A stretch of DNA of 64,000 bases from Promethearchaeota archaeon (GTDB lineage: Archaea; Asgardarchaeota; Lokiarchaeia; Sigyniarchaeales; SOKP01): assembly GCA_011364925.1 (NCBI GenBank), contig RDOA01000015.1, positions 1 through 64,000 on the forward strand, written 5' to 3'. The position numbers were made by a program, and so were the translations under genes. Positions 9,671-18,768 of this stretch are shown piece after piece; within the stretch, counting starts at the first letter, position 1, and every line of letters begins with the position of its first letter. The notes under the pieces are model-generated. The model did no database searches. It worked only from the letters and a program-made list of their open reading frames with translations, and had not been told where the DNA came from.

Positions 9671-11143
9671 TCATAATAAATCTAAAAATTTCGTAATTCG
9701 CAACTGTTTTTTATCATCTAGATATCTTAAAAAACCTTTGGTGGGAGCACCAGCTCGTAATGCTATTTTAGAACTTGTTTCCTCGTATCGCTTGATACTT
9801 TTAAAATCAAAATTGAACTTTGCCATAGAATCTCTCACTTTCAATTGCCACTTTACAAAATTTTTATATAATCGATTATTCACTCTCGCTCGGGAGATGT
9901 AGTGATTTTCATAATATTGAATTTCCCGAAGGTTATAATTTGTATAATATCTGAAGTTTTGCCCCATCCAGAAAAAATGTGAAACTAATTCTGAATATTT
10001 CCCAAGACTACAACCTACTAATTTTAATACCTTGAGAAAAGGTAAATCGTTTAAGTATTCGGGTATTTCTTTAATTTCAACATTCCCAGATAAATCGAGC
10101 CATTCTAAATTCTTTAATTGACTTAAACCTTTGACATTTTTTATGTAGTTATTCTTTAAGTTCAGCTTTCTCAAATTTTTTAAACGATCTAATCCTTTTA
10201 TTTCAGTAATTTTATTATTACTTAAATCTAAATGCTCTACCTTTGTTTCAATATCCTCTAATCCTTTTATTTCTGAAATATTCTCAATTGTTTTGTTAGA
10301 AAGGTTTAAAAGATTGTTTTGTAGCATTCCAATAAAATTATTTTTATATATAATGAGTTTTACATCTAAACAATCATAATTAATTATCGCTTTATTAAGG
10401 AATTTAAGGAGAGGAAAACTCTTGTTTTTTTTATACCGATTATAAATAATTTCAATAAAGGATTGCTTGAACTCGTCAGGAATGTTTTCAATTGATTTAA
10501 TTAAAATTAAATATTTATAAGACAGCCGAAAGGATCCTAAAAATTGCGAAACAAGCGATTGAATTTGCCGTTCAGAATCGGAATTTATACCCCCTTTTAG
10601 ATGTGAAGTAATCTTCTTTGAAAATTCTTCTATGCTTGGAAAATCAATATCGACCAGGATACTTTCAAATTCATCTTCTGTTAAGTAATTTAGATAACCA
10701 TTTTGGGTTAAAAATCGAACTACGGTAGGATGACCAGTAGCGTACCTCATTGCTATTTCTTCTTTAAATTTTCGTTTAGCTATTATATCTCCCGCATCAC
10801 ACAACGCTTTTAACAGAGGAAAAGCTAAATTACGATGAAGAATTCGAGTATCATAATCATTATCAACCCACGCTTGGATGTTTGAACAATGACCCCAGAA
10901 CTCTGTTTCAGGCGGGACTAATCTGTGATTGCGTTCCATGTTGCGACTCAACCTTACTGCAGCTTCGTCTATTGATCTTATTTCATCATATCTTTCTATT
11001 TCGTGAACGGGAATATCCAGTAGTAGATACATGCATTGTCTGAAAGGTCGACCATTTACATAAATGATCGTTCTTCCACCCTCCAGTTTTAAGGTTAAAA
11101 GGTCGTTAATCTTAAAATCCTTTTTAGTCGTGGGAGCATACAT
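9671..11143 (-). CDS. Leucine-rich repeat protein with a Lokiarchaeia-type N-terminal domain
   Basis: SDS22-like LRRs (LDLSNNKITEIKGL, LNLKNNYIKNVKGL, LDLSGN); N-terminal EFWGHCSNIQAW...LHRNLAFPLL block. Confidence 0.85.
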   Translation of the reverse strand: MYAPTTKKDFKINDLLTLKLEGGRTIIYVNGRPFRQCMYLLLDIPVHEIERYDEIRSIDEAAVRLSRNMERNHRLVPPETEFWGHCSNIQAWVDNDYDTRILHRNLAFPLLKALCDAGDIIAKRKFKEEIAMRYATGHPTVVRFLTQNGYLNYLTEDEFESILVDIDFPSIEEFSKKITSHLKGGINSDSERQIQSLVSQFLGSFRLSYKYLILIKSIENIPDEFKQSFIEIIYNRYKKNKSFPLLKFLNKAIINYDCLDVKLIIYKNNFIGMLQNNLLNLSNKTIENISEIKGLEDIETKVEHLDLSNNKITEIKGLDRLKNLRKLNLKNNYIKNVKGLSQLKNLEWLDLSGNVEIKEIPEYLNDLPFLKVLKLVGCSLGKYSELVSHFFWMGQNFRYYTNYNLREIQYYENHYISRARVNNRLYKNFVKWQLKVRDSMAKFNFDFKSIKRYEETSSKIALRAGAPTKGFLRYLDDKKQLRITKFLDLL

Positions 11144-11298
11144 AATAAAATGATTTCAGTTGAATAGAAATTTATTAAATGGATTTACTGTCTAACTGAT
11201 GAAGTATTCAGTTGATAAATAAACAGTTTGTTAAAATTTTTAAAAGAAAAGAGAGAATTAATTTTCAAAAAAAAATCAATATGTATAAAATTTTAAAC

Positions 11299-12414
11299 TT
11301 AGTTGTCAATAAGAGTTAGAGTGTTTAGGTTCACAGACTCCATTTTTGTACCTTTAAAAATTACTTCTCTTAATAATTTTCCTTCTTTAGACATTTCAAG
11401 TTTACGAGATTGAGTTAAGCCCTCCATTAACTTATCCCTTTCGATGTTCAAGAATCCCATCTCTATAGCATTATTAATAATTAGATTTAGTACTAATAGT
11501 TGAAATTGTTCCATTATTTCGTCCCATAATAACCCCATTTCCTTTAATTCTACGGTGATTTCTTCAGACATTACATCTAAATCGTAAATCTGATTTGAAA
11601 TTCCTTCTTGTAAGTTAATTATCTCGTCTATTAATCGATCTTTTATCAATCTTAAGGTTGTAGTCCCAAGTAAATCTTCCTCGTGAAAGAAAAAATCGCT
11701 ATCAGCTCGTTTGATAAGGTAAAAACCAAATTCATGTTTTATGAGTTTTATTCTTGCTAAATAGGTAATTGCCTCTCTATCAACTTTAAAAGTTTCACAG
11801 AATTGGTCCAAATCTAATTTGTATCCCTTAAAATTTGGTGAAGGGATGTCAAATCTCCAATATTTTTTTGCAAAAGCACCTTGTCCGAGGATTGAATTAT
11901 AAAAAATATAAAAAAGCGACATGTATAAGTCCCTATCTTGCTGTAATTCAAAGAAGTTATCGCCAATTTTTGAGACTATTCTTACGATGTGAATAATAAA
12001 AGCTGCTTCTAAATTTCTCTGTTTATAAAAATCGATTAAATCCTCGAGCTTTCTTACGTTTTCTTTAAGTTCATGGACAACAAATAGTTCGTCCTTCAAT
12101 TGTAGTGGTTCCTCGCCTAATTTCTCTACACCCTTGTCAGTAATGACATAGAAACGATATTGTTTATTCGAATCTTTATCTGTAATAAGCCTTTGTTCTA
12201 TCGTCTTATCTTTACTATGTAATGTAAGATATTTAGATACAGTTGACCTGCTTAATTTTGAGTGCTTAACCAAATTTGTAAATCTTTGCGGTCCTAAATT
12301 TCTTAAAATGAACAAAATTCTTCGACTGTTATCTTGAATATTATCAGATTTCGTTAACAATTCTCTTTTTAATTTTTCAGAGATTTTCCAACTCTCCATA
12401 TTTATATTATACAA
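11299..12414 (-). CDS. Winged-helix (MarR/ArsR-like) domain protein with a large unknown C-terminal region
   Basis: ILFILRNLGPQRFTNLVKHSKLSRSTVSKYL...YVITDKG. Confidence 0.75.
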   Translation of the reverse strand: MYNINMESWKISEKLKRELLTKSDNIQDNSRRILFILRNLGPQRFTNLVKHSKLSRSTVSKYLTLHSKDKTIEQRLITDKDSNKQYRFYVITDKGVEKLGEEPLQLKDELFVVHELKENVRKLEDLIDFYKQRNLEAAFIIHIVRIVSKIGDNFFELQQDRDLYMSLFYIFYNSILGQGAFAKKYWRFDIPSPNFKGYKLDLDQFCETFKVDREAITYLARIKLIKHEFGFYLIKRADSDFFFHEEDLLGTTTLRLIKDRLIDEIINLQEGISNQIYDLDVMSEEITVELKEMGLLWDEIMEQFQLLVLNLIINNAIEMGFLNIERDKLMEGLTQSRKLEMSKEGKLLREVIFKGTKMESVNLNTLTLIDN

Positions 12415-12681
12415 ATTTAATATTTTAAATCTATACTTTTTTTTTGGACTTATACTAAAAGATTTCTAAAAAACAAAAAATATTAGTTTGAGTATAGTAT
12501 TAAAATCGGAGATAAAAAGCCATAGCCCAGCAACAAGAAAAAATATATACCCAAATATTACTTTCCTTAAAAATAAAATATGATTTAGACTTAAGTATGA
12601 ACAATAAGACCACATTCTTTAAAATATTGAATTCTAATAATATTATTAACAATAATAAAAAAAATATAAAGTGATATTGAA

Positions 12682-12933
12682 ATGACCCAATACAGGTTTA
12701 GGCTCACAGGAGTGCCCCCAGATCAAGCAATCAAGCTCATTGAAGTAGATCCTAATCAATCAATCGCAGAGATTAAGAAAACAGTTCAGAGAGAGTATAA
12801 ACTTAATCCTATTCTAGCGATTCAATTTATCTTCAAAGGAAAAGTACTCCCTGATCAGTTAAAATTCGCTAAAATTGGAATTCATCCAAAGAAGGATGTT
12901 ATAACCGTTATGGCTACACAAGCTGGCGGATAA
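12682..12933 (+). CDS. Ubiquitin-like protein ending in a diglycine
   Basis: 83 aa beta-grasp pattern; QFIFKGKVL resembles ubiquitin RLIFAGKQL; ends QAGG-stop. Confidence 0.88.
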   Translation: MTQYRFRLTGVPPDQAIKLIEVDPNQSIAEIKKTVQREYKLNPILAIQFIFKGKVLPDQLKFAKIGIHPKKDVITVMATQAGG

Positions 12934-12999
12934 AAAATATTTTTTTCTCTTTTTATTTTGTTTCGAAATCTTTTTACTTCTTATATATGATTTTTTATT

Positions 13000-14223
13000 A
13001 TGGACTCTATAACTAAAATTGGAATTCAGAAAATTGAAAATGACAATGTAAAAGCAGCTGTATTTTCAACTCTCAAACTCATAGATGCTCAACAACTAAT
13101 GCGTAAAGAAAATATGGTAGTTGTGTTAAAACCAAATCTATTAATGGGTAAACCAGCTGAAAGAGGTGTTAACACTCATCCAGAAGTTGTTCGAGCTGTA
13201 ATTCAATGGGTAAAACAATTCAATCCATCAAAGATTTACGTAAGTGATTCTGCTGGAGGTCAAAAACCAGGAATCACAGAATTGGCTATGAAAGAGAGTG
13301 GAATTCAAGAAATTTGCGACCAAGAAGGAGCAATTTGTGTACCATTTGAAAAAACGGAGAGAGAAATTTATGAAGTTAAAGATGCTCTTGAATTAAAAGA
13401 AATTTCGAGTTCTCGATTGCTTAAAGAAGCTGATTTAATTATAAACATCCCCAAAATTAAAACTCATTGGCAATGCACTTTAACATGTTGTATTAAAAAC
13501 ATGTTTGGAACTATGCTTCTTGCAAATAAAGCGAAAACTCACGCTCAAACTGCAGTTTTGGAACGCTTTTGTTCAGCGTTAGCTGATATTTATTCAGTCT
13601 CTAAGCCACAATTAACGGTAATAGATGGATATTATTGTATGGAAGGTCAAGGACCATCGAGCGGTGATGTAGTTAAGTTAGACATAATTATGGCGGGATA
13701 TGACGGTGTTGCTTTAGATACAGCTGTTTGTAAAATAATTGGATTTGATCCATCAGAAATATTGTATCTGGGTAAAGCGGTAGAAAAGAATTTAGGTACT
13801 ACAAATCTTGAAGAAGTGGAAATCTTAGGTGAGACAATTGAATCCGTTTATCGAAAATTTAAACGACCAAAGCTTAAACCAATTTCAATGCCTCTACCAA
13901 AATGGTTCGCAGATTATATTGGGAAAACAATATTTAGAGCTAAAGTTAAATTCGATAAAAAAAAGTGCAAATTATGTGCTACTTGCTGGACAAATTGCCC
14001 AGTAAGTGCGATCACACCCCCAGATGAGTTAAAAAAAGGAAATGTCCCAAATTGGGATAGTAAGAAGTGTATTACCTGTTTCTGTTGCGTGGAGTTGTGT
14101 CCTCATGAAGCGGTTAAGTTTAAAATCAATTACATTAAAAATGTTCTAGCTTCATGGTTAGGATTGGGTTGCATTATAGTCTTAGGTTTAATAACGATTC
14201 TTATTCTATGGTTAACTCTTTAG
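13000..14223 (+). CDS. DUF362 domain protein with a 2x[4Fe-4S] ferredoxin domain and C-terminal TM anchor
   Basis: LKPNL, THPEVV, PKIKTH, KNMFG and MEGQGP; two CxxCxxCxxxCP motifs. Confidence 0.9.
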   Translation: MDSITKIGIQKIENDNVKAAVFSTLKLIDAQQLMRKENMVVVLKPNLLMGKPAERGVNTHPEVVRAVIQWVKQFNPSKIYVSDSAGGQKPGITELAMKESGIQEICDQEGAICVPFEKTEREIYEVKDALELKEISSSRLLKEADLIINIPKIKTHWQCTLTCCIKNMFGTMLLANKAKTHAQTAVLERFCSALADIYSVSKPQLTVIDGYYCMEGQGPSSGDVVKLDIIMAGYDGVALDTAVCKIIGFDPSEILYLGKAVEKNLGTTNLEEVEILGETIESVYRKFKRPKLKPISMPLPKWFADYIGKTIFRAKVKFDKKKCKLCATCWTNCPVSAITPPDELKKGNVPNWDSKKCITCFCCVELCPHEAVKFKINYIKNVLASWLGLGCIIVLGLITILILWLTL

Positions 14224-14305
14224 AGATCTTCAATTGTGTCTTAGCTTTTCTTAAAATTGTAAAAAATTCTAATTGAACAATAAATGGGCCCACTCTTCTA
14301 TGATA

Positions 14306-15067
14306 TTAACGACCCTTGAATATAGGCTTCCTATTTTCCTTAAGCGCTGCCTTTCCTTCTTTGAAGTCTTCGCTGACTAATTGAGGTTGAATAAAAGTAT
14401 TAAATTCCTCCTGTGCTAAACGCATAGCCTTTCTTCCTTCACTCTCCATGCTTTTGTAATGCCCATATTTAATAGCTTTTAGTGATAGTGGTGCATTATC
14501 CCGTAATATTTGAGCCATTTTAATAGCTTCTATCATAAGTTCTTCTTTATTTTTTGTTACATGATTGATTAGACCTAATTCATAAGCTCTTTGAGCACTC
14601 ATCGGTTTCCCTGACATGTAAAATTCCATAGAAGCCTTGAAAGGCATATAGGGTTTATATTCTACAACAGCACCAACAATTCCAACATAAACCTCACCAA
14701 AAATAAACTGAGTATCTTCTGTCGCATAAGTTATATCTGTGCTTAAAACTCCGAGCCCATATCCACTACCAATTACATTTCCATGAACCGCTCCGATGAT
14801 TGGTTTCAGGATTTTGGTACCATTTGGAGGAAAAGCTTTAAGAAGATCTTTTAACAAGCCCTTGACAAAAATATCTGCACCACGACTAAAATCGGGACCT
14901 TTTGCACTGAGAATTGCCACTCTACTTTCTGCATCTTTCGCAAAACGCTCCCATGCTTCTCCTAAAGCTCTACATAAAGGGGGATCCAATCGATTATTCT
15001 CTGGATTGTCAATTGTAATGTAGGCAATCTGATCCTTGACCTCGTAAATTAAAACATCCTTCGTCAT
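14306..15067 (-). CDS. Enoyl-CoA hydratase/isomerase (crotonase) family protein
   Basis: FSRGAD, KPIIGAVHG..IGSG, AQRAYELGLIN and RKPIFKGR; start reassigned to ATG 15067 (MTKDVLIYEV). Confidence 0.88.
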   Translation of the reverse strand: MTKDVLIYEVKDQIAYITIDNPENNRLDPPLCRALGEAWERFAKDAESRVAILSAKGPDFSRGADIFVKGLLKDLLKAFPPNGTKILKPIIGAVHGNVIGSGYGLGVLSTDITYATEDTQFIFGEVYVGIVGAVVEYKPYMPFKASMEFYMSGKPMSAQRAYELGLINHVTKNKEELMIEAIKMAQILRDNAPLSLKAIKYGHYKSMESEGRKAMRLAQEEFNTFIQPQLVSEDFKEGKAALKENRKPIFKGR

Positions 15068-15391
15068 ATTTTTATTCACTTTATAGATATAATACATGTT
15101 TAAATGAATGTTATATATATAATTTATAGTTAAATCATAAATCGGAAAAAAAGATAAAAGTCTGGAACACAATCATTCTCTATTTGTTCTTATTATTATA
15201 TTAATTTAAAAATTTAAATATAATTGTAATTAAATCTACAGAGAGTATAGATCAGTACTTATAGAGTTTCTAAGAAAAGGAGTGGACAAAGATTAATAAA
15301 AAGAAAAACATTAATTAAAGAATTATTTCCTTTTTTTACACATTTTATAGTTTATTACAGAGAATAACAATCGAAGAGGAAAGAGCCGAAG

Positions 15392-15736
15392 ATGAGTAAA
15401 GAAAAGACTGTCCATGAGACAAAAGGTGTTGCGGTGAAGCTACTAGCAACATTTGACCTTGGCCCTGAAATAGAGGGGATGGAAGGGCGTCAATTTCGAA
15501 TGCGTATGGTGACCTTCGAACCTGGCGGTGTCTTCGGTCCGGTTCACGACCACAAAGACAGGCCGGGTATGGTCTATATACTGCAAGGAACGATCACAGA
15601 CCATCGAAACGGAGTAGCTACGGACTATGGGCCAGGAGTGGGCTGGCCTGAGGATAAGAACACCACACACTGGCTTGAGAATAGAAGAACAACGCCGGCA
15701 GTGGAAATCTCAGTCGATATCGTCAAACAAGAGTAA
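15392..15736 (+). CDS. Cupin domain protein
   Basis: VTFEPGG..PVHDH...YILQGT...THWLEN; GC about 51% in the three 60-nt lines counted. Confidence 0.88.
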   Translation: MSKEKTVHETKGVAVKLLATFDLGPEIEGMEGRQFRMRMVTFEPGGVFGPVHDHKDRPGMVYILQGTITDHRNGVATDYGPGVGWPEDKNTTHWLENRRTTPAVEISVDIVKQE

Positions 15737-15804
15737 GTCATATTTTATTCACTTTTTTTAAATTTAAAGAAATTTCTTGACAGATATAGAGAATATTATT
15801 TCTT

Positions 15805-15960
15805 CTAAAAAATAAAAGGCAACCAATCATACCATCGATCGCGTTCTTTGATTCTAGTAGAGCCACATTTAGGGCACCTAAGATATTTTGTTTTTCTAAA
15901 GGAATAAATTAAGATCTTTAACCATATAATATAAAAAAAAAGGGTATTATAATTTGAATT
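15805..15960 (-). pseudogene. Possible remnant of a small Zn-ribbon gene
   Basis: LRCPKCGSTRIKERDRWYDWLPFIF-stop with no plausible independent start. Confidence 0.3.
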
Positions 15961-15967
15961 TTTAATC

Positions 15968-18445
15968 TTATAGCCATAAATTATATCTCCAAACAGACTC
16001 AGCAACTCTCTTAATGTCACTGAAACGGAAGAGAACTGGTTTATAAGTCCAAGTGTCGTATAGTGGTAGTTGATCATAGGCATGAGGGCTTGGTCCAGTT
16101 AAAGCACTAAAGAATCCACTTTGACCTGGTGGAATTACATTTACGGCGTGAGGCGTTGATTTTTGGAACCAGTGGCGCCAACTGTATTTTGGCATTTCAG
16201 CTATGTGATTATAAGTTCCTCGATTCATGTAATGCATTGTTGGAGTGGGTAATGCTCCTAAGGAATTAAGTTTTACGATAATGACTGGTGTAAGCCATTC
16301 ATCTATATCATCACCTCTCGTTGCTTTTAAGTCAGCTATTGCCATTTTTAAAGCACGATTAATTACCACGTTTCTATCTTCTCCATTAAGATAATCAAAA
16401 TTAAGCGGTAATTTTGAATTAGCTCCATCAAAAACATGAATAAGGGTACTTGGGTTTCCATTTACAGCAAGTTCATCAAATACTTCATCAAAAATCCTGT
16501 TGTACCACGCATCAAATATAGTTAATCCTGGATCGTCATATGTTGCATCGGGGTCGGGATAAATTGGAGCTATCTCATCGTTATAATGATGATTCCACGC
16601 TTCAAGATAGGGAAAAACATCCTTTATCTCCTGATCATCTGATGTACCAGCAGCTTCTACAAGATAATGGAGAAAATTCATCCCTGCAATATGATTGTAT
16701 CCTGCTTCCATGTTAATCCTATTCATATCTTCAAATGTAAATTTATCTCCAGCTGCCAAGACTTCTTGGATCCATTTAACACGATGTCCCTCACCCCAAT
16801 CTGCTTCTGAATATGGCCAATTAGCAATAGGTTTATTATTCCAGTTTGCCATATAACCTTGAGTTGGATTAACTGCTTTAGGCATTTCTTTAAAGCCAGT
16901 TAGACCAATCCATTCTTCTTCTCCAGTTCCGTATAATGGGAATCGATCATCGATTAATCTTGGGCCATCTCCAAAATCTTTACCATAAGTTGGTTTAATT
17001 GGGTATTTTCCAGAATGCCAATATGCAATATTTCCACATCGATCAATCCAATAGAAGTTATGACTTAAATCTACTCTTTTAGCAGCCTCTTGCATGTCGT
17101 ATAGATTTTCAGCTTGTTGAAAGAGCATCCAACCTTCTTCAGCTGTTAATTCGTCTTTGTAGAATGGGACCTTCATGGTATACGCACGATTATTTGCTAA
17201 ATCCCATCCATAAACAGGATGGATGAGGGGTCCGTGTACTGTACGATAAATTGTGTAATCTACAGGGTTCGTTTTAAAAGGGCCATATATCGTTTCTGTT
17301 CTTTGTTCCATATCAACCCATTCACCATTATATTTGTATTGGTATTGATTGGCAGGATTTAATTCCTCAATGTATGTATCAACTAGATCTGAAGAACCGG
17401 TTGTTGATGTCCATGCACCATCTTTACTCACTCCAATCAAAATTGTGGGAGCCATAGGCATCATCATACCTACGGCATCTATGCCTGCACCATGAAATCC
17501 TATTTCACTAACAATTTGAGGTGTTGAATGGCCCATTTGAGGACCTCCTACTTGCATAGCATTTCTTGAGACCGATTTCCATGGATTAACCATCCATGCA
17601 TTGCTTCCGAATTTTGTTGGTAAACCCATCGAATCAAAAAATTCATCTTGACCCATTCTAAATTCCTCGTAACATTGAGCAATATTACCTATATTGCTAG
17701 GAAGATGAGATGGTTTGCTACCGTATCCTTTTAAATCAGGGTAACTAGCCCCACTTGGTATGGTAACTTCTGCTCCTGGATCTTGTTGAGGGTAAAGATC
17801 ATTAAAGATTTCCCAAGCTAAATCTGGGCCATAAACTGATTCAAGAGCTTCATAACGACTTGCATAGGTTAGTTCATTTCCTCCTGTTGCTCCAAATCTC
17901 CATGCCATCATCACAAAAAGAGCAACACTATCCTCGATTGTCCATGGTTCGAGTGGAAACCCATAAGCCAGATACTCAGCAGGCATAAGAGAGGGATCGC
18001 CATTCATGAGAGCCTCATTAGCTTCAGCAATATACAAGTTCAAACCGTCTTTATATGCTACGATCATTTCTTTCAGCTTTTTTCCTGGAAATGAAGGTTC
18101 CCAATTATCCCAAATTTCTCCTAATTCTTCCCTGCTATACCCTAGTGATCTTGTTATATAATCATTATTATAACTTCCTATACCAAATTCAAAGAGATTA
18201 CCAAAAGCTTGTTTTCGGAATAGATCTGCTTGCCATAATCGATCTTGACCAATGGCATAACCAGCACCAAAAGCTAATCCCTCCTTTGTGTTTGCAAAAA
18301 TATGAGGTACTCCATAATTATCTCGTATTATAGTCACTTTATCTTTTTCTTTTCTCTTTCTACCACATGCATTAGCAGGTTGGGTGGGTAAGAGCATTAG
18401 CAATATTATTACAAAAGTTGTACAAACAATCAGCTTTTTTTTCAT
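15968..18445 (-). CDS. Secreted penicillin acylase family protein (Ntn hydrolase, peptidase S45)
   Basis: Signal peptide from MKKKLIV, IIRDNYGVPHI, GYAIGQDRLWQ, nucleophile G/SNAW, RTVHGP, NWNNKP and PPGQSG. Confidence 0.93.
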   Translation of the reverse strand: MKKKLIVCTTFVIILLMLLPTQPANACGRKRKEKDKVTIIRDNYGVPHIFANTKEGLAFGAGYAIGQDRLWQADLFRKQAFGNLFEFGIGSYNNDYITRSLGYSREELGEIWDNWEPSFPGKKLKEMIVAYKDGLNLYIAEANEALMNGDPSLMPAEYLAYGFPLEPWTIEDSVALFVMMAWRFGATGGNELTYASRYEALESVYGPDLAWEIFNDLYPQQDPGAEVTIPSGASYPDLKGYGSKPSHLPSNIGNIAQCYEEFRMGQDEFFDSMGLPTKFGSNAWMVNPWKSVSRNAMQVGGPQMGHSTPQIVSEIGFHGAGIDAVGMMMPMAPTILIGVSKDGAWTSTTGSSDLVDTYIEELNPANQYQYKYNGEWVDMEQRTETIYGPFKTNPVDYTIYRTVHGPLIHPVYGWDLANNRAYTMKVPFYKDELTAEEGWMLFQQAENLYDMQEAAKRVDLSHNFYWIDRCGNIAYWHSGKYPIKPTYGKDFGDGPRLIDDRFPLYGTGEEEWIGLTGFKEMPKAVNPTQGYMANWNNKPIANWPYSEADWGEGHRVKWIQEVLAAGDKFTFEDMNRINMEAGYNHIAGMNFLHYLVEAAGTSDDQEIKDVFPYLEAWNHHYNDEIAPIYPDPDATYDDPGLTIFDAWYNRIFDEVFDELAVNGNPSTLIHVFDGANSKLPLNFDYLNGEDRNVVINRALKMAIADLKATRGDDIDEWLTPVIIVKLNSLGALPTPTMHYMNRGTYNHIAEMPKYSWRHWFQKSTPHAVNVIPPGQSGFFSALTGPSPHAYDQLPLYDTWTYKPVLFRFSDIKRVAESVWRYNLWL

Positions 18446-18540
18446 TTCATTCAACTTTTTTTTTATGAATTTCTTTTTTTTTTTAGATTATTTTGTGTAT
18501 AATTTTTTTTGACATAATTATATATAAATCTTTTTGTTAA

Positions 18541-18684
18541 CTTGTAAAAGCAAGAGCTCGTTTACATCAAGCACCTTACCAAAACTCCATGTACCCATAA
18601 CTATCACCCCATAGAAGGAATACCAAAATTGAAGAAGTTGAGACCGAAAACGACTTTGAACCTACCGATGACGAAGACGATTAA
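18541..18684 (+). pseudogene. Possible 3' gene remnant with an acidic tail
   Basis: LVKARARLHQAPYQNSMYP*LSPHRRNTKIEEVETENDFEPTDDEDD*; coding-like composition, one internal TAA. Confidence 0.35.
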
Positions 18685-18768
18685 ACTTAATTTATATTTT
18701 TTTTTTCTTGTTTTAATTTGAAATTTCAAAGCTTAGGATTTTTAAATTGTAAATCATGTACCTTTGAT

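Noticed and set aside
11190-11230. CTGATGA inside a 6-bp inverted repeat (AACTGA...TCAGTT), suggestive of a hammerhead or C/D box
   Set aside because: No GAAA core or supporting stems; at most a weak operator upstream of the LRR gene.
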